64,000 nucleotides of DNA from Octopus sinensis. Its lineage: Eukaryota. Where the stretch lies: assembly GCF_006345805.1 (NCBI RefSeq), contig NC_042998.1, forward strand, positions 51,336,001-51,400,000, written 5' to 3'. A model generated the notes under the pieces. It saw only the letters and a program-made list of their open reading frames with translations, did no database searches and was not told where the DNA came from. This document shows, in pieces, positions 25,106-39,211 of the stretch. Numbering within the stretch: the stretch's first letter is position 1; every line of letters begins with the position of its first letter. Both the position numbers and the translations under genes were made by a program.

Positions 25106-25592
25106 CGATCTTAACTGAGTGGAAGTGTTAGCATATACATGGTTTGTCTTGATATAAAAGATGGGTTATAGCAAATATTCTGCTCAATACCACAGATTTG
25201 CTTGTCAATTGCTTGACCTTAACCAGTAGAGCATGTCCCTTGGTGACTAATGATATGTGCATCTCTGATCACGAGCAGAAGTAGTGAGGAAGCATCATAG
25301 CCATGTGTTGAGAGGAATTCTTTGGAGTTTGTATAATTCACCTCTGGAAACATGGGTATTTCATTCAACATACTTAAACAACCCTTATTCAGGGACCATT
25401 TGAGCAAGACGGGCTACTCGACCTGAAGAAAATTCTAACTGGGTCCCACCTGCAAGGTCATGCACTGCTTATCTTGATATGAGATCACTATGTCACGCAC
25501 ATATGGTTGTAATGCACATGCCTTATCAGATGGGGGCTTCATATATTTTACTCCAGTGTCACTTTGATGGTATGCACTGCTCTTTCACTCAA
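25106..25592 (-). mobile_element. ~490-bp dispersed element abutting (AAT)n; second copy at 28720-29255
   Basis: The two copies align along their length, and both end in CACTGCTCT(T/C)TC(A/G)CTCAAT followed by AAT/GAT repeats. Orientation is inferred. Confidence 0.7.
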
Positions 25593-26126
25593 TAATAATA
25601 ATGATGATAATAAGAACTTATAAAGTTTCTCGGCATCTAAGGTTATTTGGTGCAGCTCAACAGTAGGAATTTTTTTCCAACAGTCTAATCTGTTGTTTGT
25701 CTATGAAATAATAAAAACAATAATAATAATAACAATCTTTTTGTTATTAACCATAAGGTCTCAAATGAATAGTGAAAAATACAAAGAGACAAAAAACAGG
25801 AACTTTCAAAGATTCAAAGATGTTTAGCATGAAAAGGATACATTATACGAAGATGAAAGGAATGGTTGAGAGAATATACAATACATAAATGGGCCAATTA
25901 AAATTATAAAGCACAAATGTTTGTACAGTAATAAATATTTGAAAAAAAGTCCAATAAAAACAATAATTAAAACAGGACATAATTACAAAGAAATAAAACA
26001 TGAATAACTACTGGTTATGTCAGGTTAGAGCATTCTAAGCCCCTACCTACCTACCATTCTTATGTCATGTTGTCTTGTGAACTCAGATGCAACTGTTGAT
26101 ATATTTTTGAGTTGGTTAGGCTAGAT

Positions 26127-26386
26127 CAGTGGTTCTCAATTGGAGTCCAGATGGCCCTTGGGGATCTATATAAGATTTTGCTGTTAAAAATATATGTGCT
26201 ATTAGCTGGTTATATTTCTACAATACACAAAATGTTTAAACACTTCTTTTATACAATTCCTAATAATATTTAACCATCAAAATATAATAGGGGTTTTTAT
26301 ATATTGAATGGCTATGAGGGGCCCCTACTCTGAGTAAAAATAGGAATCAATGGGGTCCATAGACAAAAAATGGTTGAGAAACACAG
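26127..26386. mobile_element. hAT-type MITE
   Basis: CAGTGGTTCTCAA...TTGAGAAACACAG termini, with near-duplicated flanks GGCTAGAT / GGCTTAGAT. Confidence 0.7.
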
Positions 26387-26449
26387 GGCTTAGATAATCA
26401 TTTATGCTTTTAGAATAAAACAGCTACAGTGGAGTATAATGTCTTTGTT

Positions 26450-27450
26450 TTGATTTTACAAGTAACATGTCCTTTGGGTGTTTCATATATTTCAAATCTA
26501 ACTTCACCACAGTTGTATTTATCACATCAGAATTTTCTTGGCACCACAGAATGTGATTTTATCAATTAGTTGTCAGTTTGATTTTCAAAGGATAGCAAAT
26601 TTCAGTTCTCCATCTTTCTCTTTTCTCTTTTTGATTCTTATTCTGGGGAAAGACATTTTTATTCTTGAGCAAAAGTTGTTGCTCCTCACCTATTTTGGTT
26701 GTTTTAGTGTTGGCATTACTTTTTGGTTAATTTGTTTTTTGTCTTTTTGTTTTTCTTCAGTCAGTTTTGACACTTTCCTTTGCAAACATTATGTCTTCCA
26801 TGTCATATAACATTAGAATGGTACTACTAATTACTACTGTCAGATGGGGTATTGGGTCATTTGTTTCAAGGATTTGGTATGAGACAATTTCCTCTGCCAT
26901 CCTGGATTGGGATCTGTGGCTGATAGTAATCTCAAAACTAGGGCTTGTTGCTTTTGTTACTGCCTTGGCCAGTCTCTGTTGCTTTCCTTTTTCATTTTCC
27001 AGCCTTGCCTTTCTAGTTCTTCCGTACAAAAGGTGCTGAGGTGGTTCTTACTACCACATGTGTAGCAACTAAGCCATTCATTCTGTAGTATCAGTTACAT
27101 ACCCTTTGTCTTGAATGTCCTTAACCAGGTACAATTCCAGTAAAATTATGTTGCTTTCAGGTTTCACTAGAACTTGTAAATTGACTTTTACGTTCCCTGA
27201 CTACATGTTGCCTCTCCCCATCCCTGCTTTAGCCATCTGCTCTTACTGCAATACAAAAGTGACAGCCAGTCATGGGCCCACATCATTTCCAATGGCTCTT
27301 GTCATCACACTTGTACTTCTAAGCCTTATATATGGGGCACAAGTGTTCAGGCAGAAGAATTCCTAACAGTTTCAGCCTTTTAAAAGTGCAACAGACAATA
27401 CCATAACTTTTTTTCCTGTTTAATTGAAAGCATTTCTTCTGAAAAATCCT
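26450..27450 (-). mobile_element. Decayed gag/ORF1-like retroelement remnant with a CCHC zinc knuckle
   Basis: 27067-27026 translates to CYTCGSKNHLSTFC (CX2CX4HX4C), followed by Lys/Glu-rich sequence with stops and frameshifts. Confidence 0.55.
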
Positions 27451-27466
27451 GATGTGGTTATTGTAG

Positions 27467-27690
27467 AGCTGGCAGAAATGTTAGCACGCCGGGCGAAATG
27501 CATAGCCATATTTCGTCTGCCGTTACGTTCTGAGTTCAAATTCCGCCAAGGTTGACTTTGCCTTTCATCCTTTCAGGGTCGATTAAATAAGTACCAGTTA
27601 TGAACTGGGGTCGATATAATCGACTTAATCCGTGTGTCTGTCCTTGTTTGTCCTCTCTGTGTTTAGCCCCTTGTGGGTAGTAAAGAAATA
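27467..27690 (+). mobile_element. tRNA-derived SINE family B with Deu/Nin-like central domain
   Basis: GAGCTGGCAGAA head, GAGTTCAAATTCC B box, GCCTTTCATCCTTTC.GGGTCGAT.AA.TAAGTACCAG domain. Copies at approx. 1-240(+), 24185-24390(-), 24670-25040(-), 29800-30470(-), 35890-36350(-), 46000-46200(-), 49585-49990(+, tandem), 50700-51220(-), 51710-51880(-), 59285-59400(-), 63270-63480(-). Confidence 0.8.
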
Positions 27691-28399
27691 GGTAATTCTA
27701 ATCCAGTGCTATTCTTCACAAAACAGACAATTTTCTCTTTGTTCTTTCTTGGGTTAGATCCTATAGTAAAGAACCCAGTCTGGGATTCCAAAATTCTCCA
27801 AACTACCTATTTCTCAGGGAACTGTGTTAAACCTAAAAATTTTGTTTGTGTTACAACTGACACAAGATTAGCCTAAACACAGCTGCTATACAAGCAATAA
27901 AAATACTTGACCCTGTGTAAATGATACTGTTATTGTTATTATTATCATCTTCAAAATTACCTGTTAGACTGTTGGAGATACTTTTTTTTTATCAATTGTC
28001 CATTAAAATGCTTAGTTTTTTATTTCTTTTTGTTCATTGGTGTTTTGTATATTTTATGTTTTATTTGTTTTGGTCATTGGATTGTGACCTGACAGGAGCA
28101 CTGCCTTGATGGGTTTTAGTAAAAACAAAATTAACCTTGGTACTTGTATTTTTGTCTTGTAGCGTCTTTGTGTAGTAGCCATTTTGAATGTATAAATATG
28201 GCCAGTACATCATAGAAAATAAAATTAAGTTTGTAAAAACAGATTGTTTTGTCTACACCCCCAGTTCTCAGTAATTATAATCCTTTTCAGTAAGTTCTCC
28301 AAAGAAAATTTCATTTGGTAATGTCTAGAATAAAGTTTGTCAGAGACAAGAAAACATGTTTACATCATGAGAGTCAATAATAATAATAATAATAATAAT

Positions 28400-28666
28400 A
28401 ACTTGAATGTGGAATCTAAAAACAGAAACAATTCCTATCATAGTAGGCGCATTAGGTATGATAAAAAAATATTCCAACAAATACACCAGGACTTACAAAT
28501 ATATATAACATACAGAAAATTGCACTACTGGGCACTGCACACATCCTATGCAAAACACTCTCAATACAGTAGCCATAAGAGCATCACAACAAACCACAGC
28601 ACATACCCAAGGCACACAGAGCTGTGCTCGGTAGTGAAGTGAAAGTATGCTATAAAAATAAAATTA

Positions 28667-28680
<14 letters not shown>
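28400..28680 (+). mobile_element. R4/Dong-clade retrotransposon 3' end inside an (AAT)n tract
   Basis: MWNLKTETIPIIVGALGMIKK...IYNIQKIALLGTAHILCKTL* (one frameshift), flanked on both sides by (AAT)n. Confidence 0.8.
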
Positions 28681-28709
<29 letters not shown>

Positions 28710-29287
28710 CAGTATCAAACAGTGGAAACAGTGGCTCTCATGGCTTTTGATCTTAACTGATTGAAATGTATATATTTTGTATTGGTATAAAAGATGGGCT
28801 ACAACAATATTCTGCTCAATATCACAGATCTGCTTGTCAGTTGCTTGACCTTAACCAGTTGAGCATGTTCCTTGGTAGCTGATGATATGTGCATCTCTGA
28901 TCATGAGCAGAAGTAGTGGGGGAGCATCATAACCATGTGTTGAGAGGAATTCTTTTGAGGTTTGAATAATTCCTCTATGGAAACATGGGTGTTTCATTCA
29001 ATATCTTTAAACAACCCTTATTCAGTGACCTTTTGAGTGGGATGGGCTGCTCAACCTGAAAAAATTTTAACTGGGCCCCACTTGCAAAGTCATGCACTGC
29101 TTATCTTGATATGAGATCACTATGTCATGCACATATGGTTGTGATGTATGTGCCTGGTGTACCCTTACCAGATGGGTAGTCATGATGGGTATATTAGGCT
29201 TCATCTATTTGTAGCCCACTGTCACTTCGATGGTGTGCACTGCTCTCTCGCTCAATGATAATGATGATGATGATGATAATAATAATG

Positions 29288-29765
29288 TTGAGAATTCAGT
29301 GCAGATGGGCAGGACATGTTGTTTAAATGCATGATGATCACATACCACAAATTTTTTTGCATGACCAACAAGTAAAGGGATTCCATAGTAAAAGAAGACC
29401 CATCCTTATGTATAAGGATAAGTTGAAACAATCACTTAAATCCCTACAGCTTGATTTATCATCTCCAGAAAGTTATTGCCTAGATTGATCTGAGTGGTGT
29501 AAAGCATGTCATGAAGCATCCAAACAAATTGAGTTGACAAAATAGAACAATGGAATAATTATTTCCAGCAATCAACAGACACATTTGTCCAATCTCAGGC
29601 AAAATCAAAATCATCATTGTCTCCATTGTGATTTCATAGCAAAATCCATACCTGAACTCAAATTACATTCATGCATCTCTAGCAAATGGATGCAGCTTCT
29701 TTCATATTTAATCCTTTCCTTCAAACATTCATTTGTCGAAATCAGTGGGAGTGAGTGGTCATTGC
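29288..29765 (+). mobile_element. RTE/BovB-like LINE 3' fragment
   Basis: RWAGHVV*MHDDHIP...RRPILMYKDKLKQSLK, plus a downstream C-x2-C..H zinc-finger remnant. Confidence 0.7.
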
Positions 29766-30061
29766 TAATAATAATGATGATGATGATGAAGACAATAATT
29801 TTTCAAATTATGGCATGAGGCTAGTAATTTTAGTGGTAGGCAGTTAGTCAATTAACCCAAGTACTTGACTGGTATTTTATTTAGTTACCCTGAAAGAATA
29901 AAAGGCAAATTTGACTTTAGTAGTGTTTGAACTCAGAACATAAGGAACTGAAAAATATGCCACTAAGCATTTGCACAAATAATTCTGCCAGCTCACTGTT
30001 TTAATGATACTACTACTACTACTATACTACTACTACTACTACTACTACTAATGATAATAAT

Positions 30062-30097
<36 letters not shown>

Positions 30098-32699
30098 CCT
30101 TTCTGCTTAAGGAACAAGGCAGGAAATTTGGGGGCGATTGGGGAAAGGGTTGTCAAATACATCGACCCCAAAATTCAACAGGTACTTATTTTTTTAACTC
30201 CAAAGGAGGAACAGCAAAGTCAACTTTTGTGGCATTTGAACTGAGAGTAACAATAATAATCCTTTATACAATAGGCACAAGAACTGGAATTTTGAAGGAG
30301 GGCTCTTGTCTATTTCATCAATCCCAATCCTCGAGTGGTACTTCATTTATTGACTCTGAAAGGATGAATGGCAAAATCGATCTCAGTAGAATTTTGAACT
30401 CAGAATGTAAAGATGGCAGAAATGCTGCTCAGCATTTTAAATTCAGAACTCGGAAGCCAGAAAAAAATGCCTCTATACATTTTAATAATGATAAATGCTT
30501 CTTATTGTAGACCATGATTTGTGGTTCAATAGAAAGCTTAAGTAAACTTAATAATAACACCAATGAAATAACAGAACATCATATATTATGTTCTTAATTA
30601 ACTACCTTTTGTGCAGCACCAAGGGAAATAACTCAAAGAAAGAAAGATGCAGGGAGAGACAGGAAGAGAAAAAATGAGAGAGAGAAACAGATGAAGTTAA
30701 ATAGAAGGAGACACATGTTAGAAAAAGAGAATGAAGATTTATACTTGAAGACAGAAGGAGAAAAGGAAGAATACCAGGAGAGAAAATTTTATGATGCCAT
30801 TGTGTCTTTAGTTATCTCATTTTCTTATTCTCTTTTCCGTTTGTTTGAAGTGATTTTGAATTGTATCTCAGTAATAAAGTAATTATATTGCTACAAGAAA
30901 GGAAAGATTCTAAGATCTTGTGTTTTGTATGTATGTATTTATATATGCAAATATGTGTGTAGCTCTGTGTGTGAGTGTGTGTGTGTGTGTGAAAATATTG
31001 ACACAGTGGATTTTAAAGCAGACAAAACTATAAACAGTAGCTTGCCAATATTGGGTTTTAAAAACCCTTTAGATGAAGAAAAAAGCCTAAGGCTATTATT
31101 TATAGCTTTATCTACTTCAAGATCCATCATTCCAAAAACAGAATTATTTCACATTCTCTCAAAGTTTGTAAGATCTTATGACATCAATAAGTATATATGC
31201 CAAGACTAAGTGGAAGTCAGAATATAACTAAAAGACCAACATATTTGTAAATATCCTAAGCTAATTGTTGAAATTATAATGATATAAATGACGTAAATTT
31301 AGAATGTTTTTTATATATTTTTATTTATTTAGTCTTTTACTAATCGCTGGATTGTGGCTATTCAGGGTCACTTACCTTAGGGTTTAGTCAATCATATCAA
31401 CTCTTAATTATTTTTTTGCAGGAGAAGCTTGCTTTCCAACCACATGTCTCCAGGTTCAGTCCCACTTCATGGCACCTTGGGCAAGTGTCTTCTATTATAG
31501 CCTTGAGCCAACCAAATCCTTATGAGTGGTCTTGGTTGACTAAGAGACAACAATATTGTCATTTTACCCAAGGAAGACATCTCCAGCTGGTTTATTCAGT
31601 GCACTTCTCGCACCCAATATCTATTGCAAGTGGGAAATAACTCCTGACACCTTAACTTCAAGACCACTAGACCACAGTGTTTTAATCTGTATTGGATCTC
31701 TTCAATAGTGGATACTCATTGGCAGGTACAGCAGCAGTTTACCTTGCTTGCAATATATAGAAAACACAATGTCATACAATCACTGATTTTGTAACTAGGA
31801 AACTGTTAGAAAATCTCTGTCCAAGATAGAAGTAGTATACAAATGAAAAAAGTATTGCTTATGACAACTTTAATGTGGCTGTCCTCTAAGAGATGACAAT
31901 ACTGCCATTTAACCCCAGGAAGACATCTCCTCCAACAGGTTCATTCAGTGCACTTCTTGCACCTAACATAATTTCCAAAAATGTAGTAGTAAATGCCAAA
32001 AGCCTGCCACAGACCATAAAGAGGTTGTGGGGTATCAAATTTTGTAATGGATATCAGAGAGAACAATGCCTTAAGGTTGCTGGTTAGAAACAGGTGGCCC
32101 AGTTATGTTTACATGCCATGCTGACCACATTTCATCTCTCTTTCTTTTGGCAGTTGATTTGTTTTGGCTCTGTTGAAGAGGGTCATTCTCTACATTTCCT
32201 ATTGATAAAATTAAACCATGAACACCCCCAAATGCATATCTGAAACAGCTGTAAGCCTACAGTAAATAAATAAATGTATATAACCCATTATTTCTGTCTC
32301 TTATATATATATTACTGTATCAATCAGACTATCAGATGTTATACATTGTTGGTTCCAACTATATAGCTTAACTAAATTGTCTTCCCTTCAGTGTGAAGAC
32401 CTTTTCAAATCTCTTGGATACTCACTCAGCAACTGCTTGGCTCCACCTGTTGTTTGTGAATCTTACAGCATGTCCAACCCAGCGGAAATTGTGCTTTTGG
32501 TATTTTACAATTACGTTGTTACTCCACACCATTCTTGAATTATTTCATGCATATACAACAGGCTTCTTTCAGTTTCCATTTACTGGATTTGTATAGTGAA
32601 ACTATATACTCCTCATGGTAAAAAGTGGTAGGAGTGAGACTTTATAAATAGCCCAGTAGCTGGTCATCAAGAGAGGATCAAGAGTTGAAGAGTTGAGAG

Positions 32700-33300
32700 T
32701 TGACAGCCTTACATTTCCACAGAGTAGTGCTGATTACTTTGATGTACTTAGCATGTGACACTATAATGGTGATGTCATCTGCTTATGCTGACACTGTTCT
32801 TTCACATCTTAGATCATGCAGGATGTCACTCAATGCCTCTAGTTTCCACAGTAGTGGCTCAAGAGGCAGTACATAAAGGAGAGACGAATGGTATAACTTG
32901 GATGGACTGAGTGCATGATACTGAATTCTTCCTATAGGTGATCATTCACCCAAACCACTGAGTAGATGTTGTACATTGTAGCAATCCACCCAGAGAAGAC
33001 AGAACTGAAACTGGCTGCTATGAGGACAGCAACTAAATATTAGTGGTTGACCTTATTAAGAGCTTTCAGTTGATCTAACTTCATCAGAGACCACACACAT
33101 GCCATGTTCTTTACACACCCATTCTATGATGTATCACATGAGGTGAAGGTTGTTGTGGCTATACTTGTTTGGGATGGCGCATGTTTACACATCCTCAATC
33201 AGACCACGGTCAGCAGGCACCAACCTCTCTGGAAAGCACTTTGACCAATATTTTGAAATCTGCATTTGGCAGTCATGTATTGAAAATTAACTATGTGACC
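32700..33300 (-). mobile_element. L1/Tx1-like reverse transcriptase remnant
   Basis: Minus strand gives VSA*ADDITIIV (decayed YADD) and an upstream EPLLWKLEAL block. Confidence 0.6.
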
Positions 33301-36300
33301 CCACCACCATCACACTTGTTTCTTGTTGTTGCTATTGTTATTGTTATTGCTGTTGTTGTTGACTTCTTGACCAAAAGTTTGTCACCATCATCATCATCAT
33401 CATCATCATTGTCTAACGTTCACTTACCTTGCTGGCATGGGGTCGACAGTTTGACATGGAGCTGGCTAGCAAAGCTGTCCAGACCCTGATGGTCTGTTGT
33501 GGCATGGTTGTTTACCATGCTTTTTCAAATTATTTGGAAGAAATTTTAAAAAAAGTAAATCACAAATTCTGTCGCAAAGAGTGAAAATATAACAGAGTTG
33601 AACAAATCCTTACAACCTTTGGGACTTTCTGAAATAAAGTAAAGCACAAACTTTTGAATAAGACAGTGAAAATAAAACAAAACTGATGAGCGACTGGAAG
33701 CGAACATCTTGCTGGCACCACAACAGAAATAATAATAAAGATAATAATTATTATTATTTTCTTCTATTGCCACAAAATGACAGATGAAGGAGTAATAATA
33801 ACATCAATAATGGTATTAAACAACAACAATAATACTACAAATCACATGCTTTGTATTTCTCCTTCTAGACGTTGCCCTACAGTTTAAAAGAAGTATAAGA
33901 ATAAAGAATGCAAATTATTTATCTTTTCCCCTATTATCATTTCTTGATTACATTTCCGATGTCTGTCTTCCTTCAGTATTTGATTATTTTATATGTTTCC
34001 TTTTTTTCCTTCTCTTATTCTTCAATCTTATTTACTATCAACTATTTCTTTTTTTTTGTCTTCTTTTTTACATTTATCTTTCTTCCCATATTTTTTTTTC
34101 CTCCTTACATTGCATTTCAATTGAGACATGTTTTACTTTGAGCCAACAAGGCAACATCACTATGGTTGCTCATCTACTAGACATCCTCTTCAAATCACAT
34201 CCTACTCTCTCTTTAAAAAAATTACATTGAATAATATAATGCTAGATAGTTTTACTCTTTGTTTCCGATAGTAATTTCACTCATAGATAGAAAGCATTAA
34301 CACTTTGGTTCCGAGCCTCATTTCTCATTTTGTCCCAGGGTCCCAATACAATATTTTGATTAATTTTGATATGTGCATCATATTTTTTCATCACATCATA
34401 TGGGAGATAAAGATCACATAGCGTCTGGGCCCATTGATAACTTCTGTTATGCAAGTTGTATCTTATGTTTAAAGATGACAAAGGATCAAGATATCCGGTG
34501 CTTTGCTGTACTCAAGAAGACCCATTCACTACAGCAGAATTGTTAATGCTGCTCCCGCTGCCAAAGAGGATTGGCCTGCAAGGGCCTTGTGCTGGTCCCT
34601 GTGCAGGTCCACTGCCCACAGCCAGCTTGCCAGGCCTGTCACAACTTCACATCATCATCATCATCCTCATCATCAACACCACCACCACCACCATCATCAT
34701 CATCATTTAATGTCTGCTTTCCATGCTGGCATGGGTTGGCCAGTTTGACTGGAACTGGTAAGCCAGAGAGCTGCACCAGGCTCCAGTCTGTTTTGGCATG
34801 GTTTCTATGGCAGGATGTCATTCCTAACGCCAACCACTCCAAGACTGTAATGGGTGCATTTTATGTGCCACTGGCACAGGTGCCATTTACATGACACTGG
34901 CAACAGTCACAACTATGGTTTCCCTTGGCTTGATAAGTCTTCTCAAGCACCAAGATCTTGGTCACTTGTCATCACCTCCATGAGGCTCAGTATTTGAAGA
35001 TCATACTTCATCACCTCGTTCCTCTGTGAGGCCCAGCATTTGAAAATCTACTCCTTTTTACTAGTTGAGTAGACTAGAGCAATGAAAAATGAAATGTCTT
35101 GCTCAAGAGTACAATGCATCACTGGTCCAAGAATCAAAACCACAATCTTATGATCCAACCCCTAAGCCATATGCTTCAACACATTGCTATTATACTACAT
35201 TATTGCACCCTACACTACACTACTCCAACAACTCTCTATTGCATCCTTACACCATTTCAGAACTTGTTGGATGAGGTTATTGATATTTTAGGCTGATTTT
35301 GGTTGTGTTGTTACTCATATCAAAAACCAAGTCCAGTCCACATTTTCAATGAAACTATTTCTTCTTCTTCTTCATCATCATCATCAGCAGCATTTAGCAC
35401 CCATTTTCCATGCTGGTATGGGGTTAGATGGTTTGACTGGGGCAGGTAAGCCAGAGAGTTGCACCAGACTCCGGTCTGTTTTGGCTTGGTTTCTATGGCT
35501 GGATGCCCTTCCTAACACCAACCACTCCAAAGAGTGTAATGGGTGTCTATTACATGTCACTGACACAAATGCTTTTTTTCTTGTCACCAGCACGGGTGTC
35601 TTTCATGTGTCATCAGCATTGGCCATGACCATGATTTCGCTTAGTTTATAAATTTCTATTGCAAAATATAATTTGTAAACACACACACACACATGATGTG
35701 TTGGAGCAGCTGTAAGTATTGTATTGAATATAGCAAGTATTTCCTGTAGACCAATGGTGGGATACAATGCTGTATCAAAGCCAACTGGCAGGATTTAAAC
35801 TTGCTCATTACATAATTAATTACTGCTCAGCATGTTACCATCTATACCCCACTTCACAGACCTGATAATAATATCACAGTAAATTGTTATTTCTTTATTG
35901 CCCACAAGGGGCTAAACATAGAGGGGACAAACAAGGACAGACACACGGATTAAGTCAATTATATTGACACCAGTGCATAACTGGTACTTAATTTATCGAC
36001 CCCGAAAGGATGAAAGGCAAAGTCGACCTCGGCAGAATTTGAACTCAGAACGTAACGGCAGATGAAATACTGCTAAGCATTTCGCCTGACGTGCTAACGA
36101 TTCTGCCAGCTTACCACCCTATCACAGTAAATTGTATCAAGATAATAGTAATGATAATGGTTTCAAATTTTGGTACAAGGCCACCAATTTAGGGAGAAGG
36201 TTTAAGTCAATTATATCAACCTCAGTGCTCAACTAGTACTTATTTTATCGAGCCTGAAAGGATCAAAGGCAAAGTTGAACCTCAGTGGAATTTGAACTCA

Positions 36301-38074
36301 GAATGTAAAGACAGATGAAATGCTGCTAAGCATGTTGCCCAGTGTGGTAATGATAATAATGGTTTCAAACCTTGGTGCAGGGCCAGCCAGTTACTTTAGG
36401 AAATGGGGGATGGGAGGTAGTTGCATGATTATGTATTTTATTATTTAAGTTTGCATGTTTTTGAAACAACTAAGGATTGTTGTTAGCAAAGTTTCATACT
36501 ATGCCTTTGAGGGGGCTGTATTTGTTGATTAGTTATTATTAGTTCTTCTTCTTTATTCTCCTTATCATCATCATTATTGTTATTATTATTGAGCACCCAT
36601 TTTTTCAGGCTGGCATGGATTAAGTGGTTTGACTGAAACTGGTAAACCAGAGAGCCACATCAGACTGCAGTCTGTTTTGGCTTAGTTTCAATGGCTGGAT
36701 ACCCTTCCTAACACCAGTCATTCCACAGGGTGAAGTGGGTACCTTTTATATGTCACTGGCATTGGCTACAACCCCAATTTCAGTAGGCTTGATGTGTCTT
36801 CTCAAGCACAGTAAATCTCCAAAGGTTTTGGTCACTTGTCATTGTCTCCATGAGACTCGTGTTTGTGAAACGGCTTGTAAGAAATAAATCAATTCTATAA
36901 ATGTTTCCTCAGCACAAATTAGCAAGTCTGTGTATAGATGTGTTTTTGCCCTTCTAAAAATAACACCTAAATGTTCCTCAAATTACACTCTACTATCTTC
37001 AGAAAAGTTGAAAAGAAAATATGAAAAAAAAAGAAAACACTTTGGATAGTAGATCTCTAAATATACTGTCTGTTTAAAATGACAATCTAGTGATGGCTGC
37101 AACACCTTTGATTGTAGATCTGTTTAGTGAAAGCTGATTTGAAGTTAAACAATAACAATTATATTACTTTCAGATTACAATCTCTTCCACTTTGTAAAAA
37201 TTATTTTTGTCTTATGAATCTTTTTTCCTTTTTAAGCAGGCTGTGTGGTAAAACGTTTGCTTCCCAACCTCACAGTTCTGGGCAAGTGTCTTCTACTACA
37301 GCCTTGAGCCAACCAAAGACTTGTGAATGGATTTAGTAGAAGAAAACTGAAAGAAGCCCCTTGTCAACTATCTCTCTCTCTCTTTCGGAGAGGCACTGAG
37401 CAGCTATACGCACACATACACACACAGCAGTAACTTCCACCTACCAAATTCAATCACAAAGCTCCAGTCGGCTCGGGGCTATAGTGGAAGACACCTACCC
37501 AAAGTGCCACGCAGTGGGACTGAACCCGAAACCATGTAGCTAGGAAGTCTATTAATGTAAATTGCTTAGACGTTGGTATCTAGTCTTGATAGGTTCTGTG
37601 GCACACACACACACACATATCATCTTTATTAACATTTAACGTCTATTGTCCATGCTGGCATGGTTCTGGGTCAGACATCTTGAGAGGGATTGGCAAGGCC
37701 AGGCTCTATAGTCTGTTTTAGCTTGGTTTCAATGGCTGAATGCCTTTCCTAACACCATATACATATGTATGTATATGCCACAGAACCTCCCAAACTAGAC
37801 ATCAATATCTAAATAATTTCTAAACCTAATTAGATTATCTATGAAGAAAACCAGTCAATGCTGATGTAAGAGATCTCCACAAACACTTTCCACTTAACAA
37901 AAATGAAGGACAACTCAGAATAATGAGACTAAGATATATGAAATTCACAATCAAGCATAAAATATGTGTATTCCAACCATCAGCTGCCGAACAAATATTA
38001 CCACAAGATGTAGTCAAAAAATATCCAAGCTCTGGCCAAAAAACAAGTAATATTAAAAAATTCACGATTTTGAT

Positions 38075-39095
38075 TTAGTCTCCTTCAAAGTATTCACCTT
38101 GAGAGTCTACACACTTCTGCCAGCATTCTTGCCACTGCTGGAAACATTTCTGGAAATCACTTTTTGGGATGCTGTCAAATTTTGCTTAATGCCCTCTGTT
38201 GACTCAAAACTTCTCCCTTTGAGTGTTTTCTTCTTTTGAGCTTTGGGAACAGCCAAAAGTCACACAGGAGTAGGAAGCCTGACAAACAAGTGGTGTGTTT
38301 TGCTTGATGAGGAATGCTTGGATGATGTGGGCAGAATGAGGGGCTGCATTGTCATGGTGAAGTTGCCAGTTCTTTGCTGCTCACAGGTCAGGTTGTTTTT
38401 GTCGTACAGTTTCACAAGGACAACAAAGAATCTCCAAGTAGTATTCTTTGTTAATTGTCTGACTTTGTGGTGCATATTCATAGTGCATAATAACCCTGTA
38501 GTAAAAAAACAAGACAGGTCATCATCAGTTTAACATTACTGCACTCCTTCTTGCTTTTGGGGGTCTTGGCAAGGATGGATGTTTCCTTTGGGATGATTGC
38601 AGTTTTGTTTCAGGGTCATGGCCGTACACCCATGTCTCATCGACAACGATGATAGTGTTCAGGAAATTTTGATCTTGACTAGCACACTCCAGCATGTCCT
38701 GGGATATTTCCTTTCTATTTTCTTTCTGCTGGTTAGGCAGCAACATTGGTATGAATTTGGCCAACACCCTCCTCATACACAAATCATCTGTTATAATTGA
38801 CTGAAGTGATCCATGGCTGATTCCAACTTTGGCAATAATCTCCTCAATAGTCACACAACGGTCTTCATAAACTATTTCTCAAACTTTTGCAATCATTTCG
38901 TTGTGTCTGCCACAAAATGGCTCACTGTCCACTGAGGTGTGGTCTTCTTTGAACTGGTTGTACCACTCCTTTATTTGTGTTTTTCCCATAGCATCATCTC
39001 CAAAGGCCTTCTGAATCTTTTTGATAGTTTTGGCTTCCGTATCACCAATCACCAAGTTTTTGGTAGAATTTGATACAGTATCTTTGCTCAATGCC
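38075..39095 (-). pseudogene. Mariner transposase fossil (frameshifted)
   Basis: HTH remnant KIQKAFGDDAMGKTQIKEWYNQFKE, then MRRVLAKFIP, IIVVDETWVYGHDPETK, and C-terminal YFEGD* ending at 38075. Confidence 0.9.
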
Positions 39096-39176
39096 CTTCG
39101 TCATCTTAATTCAAAAAGAAAAATCATGCAGCACACTCTTCACGTCTGTACTCAACACATCACTGTGGGCGAATGC

Positions 39177-39211
<35 letters not shown>

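Noticed and set aside
30925-31209. 94-aa ORF as a host exon
   Set aside because: Starts in a microsatellite, and ILGF...LRLLFIAL resembles the post-RT region of a decayed LINE.
37835-38065. Hydrophobic 76-aa minus-strand ORF
   Set aside because: No splice sites, the opposite strand is also open and LINE-like, and it abuts the mariner fossil.
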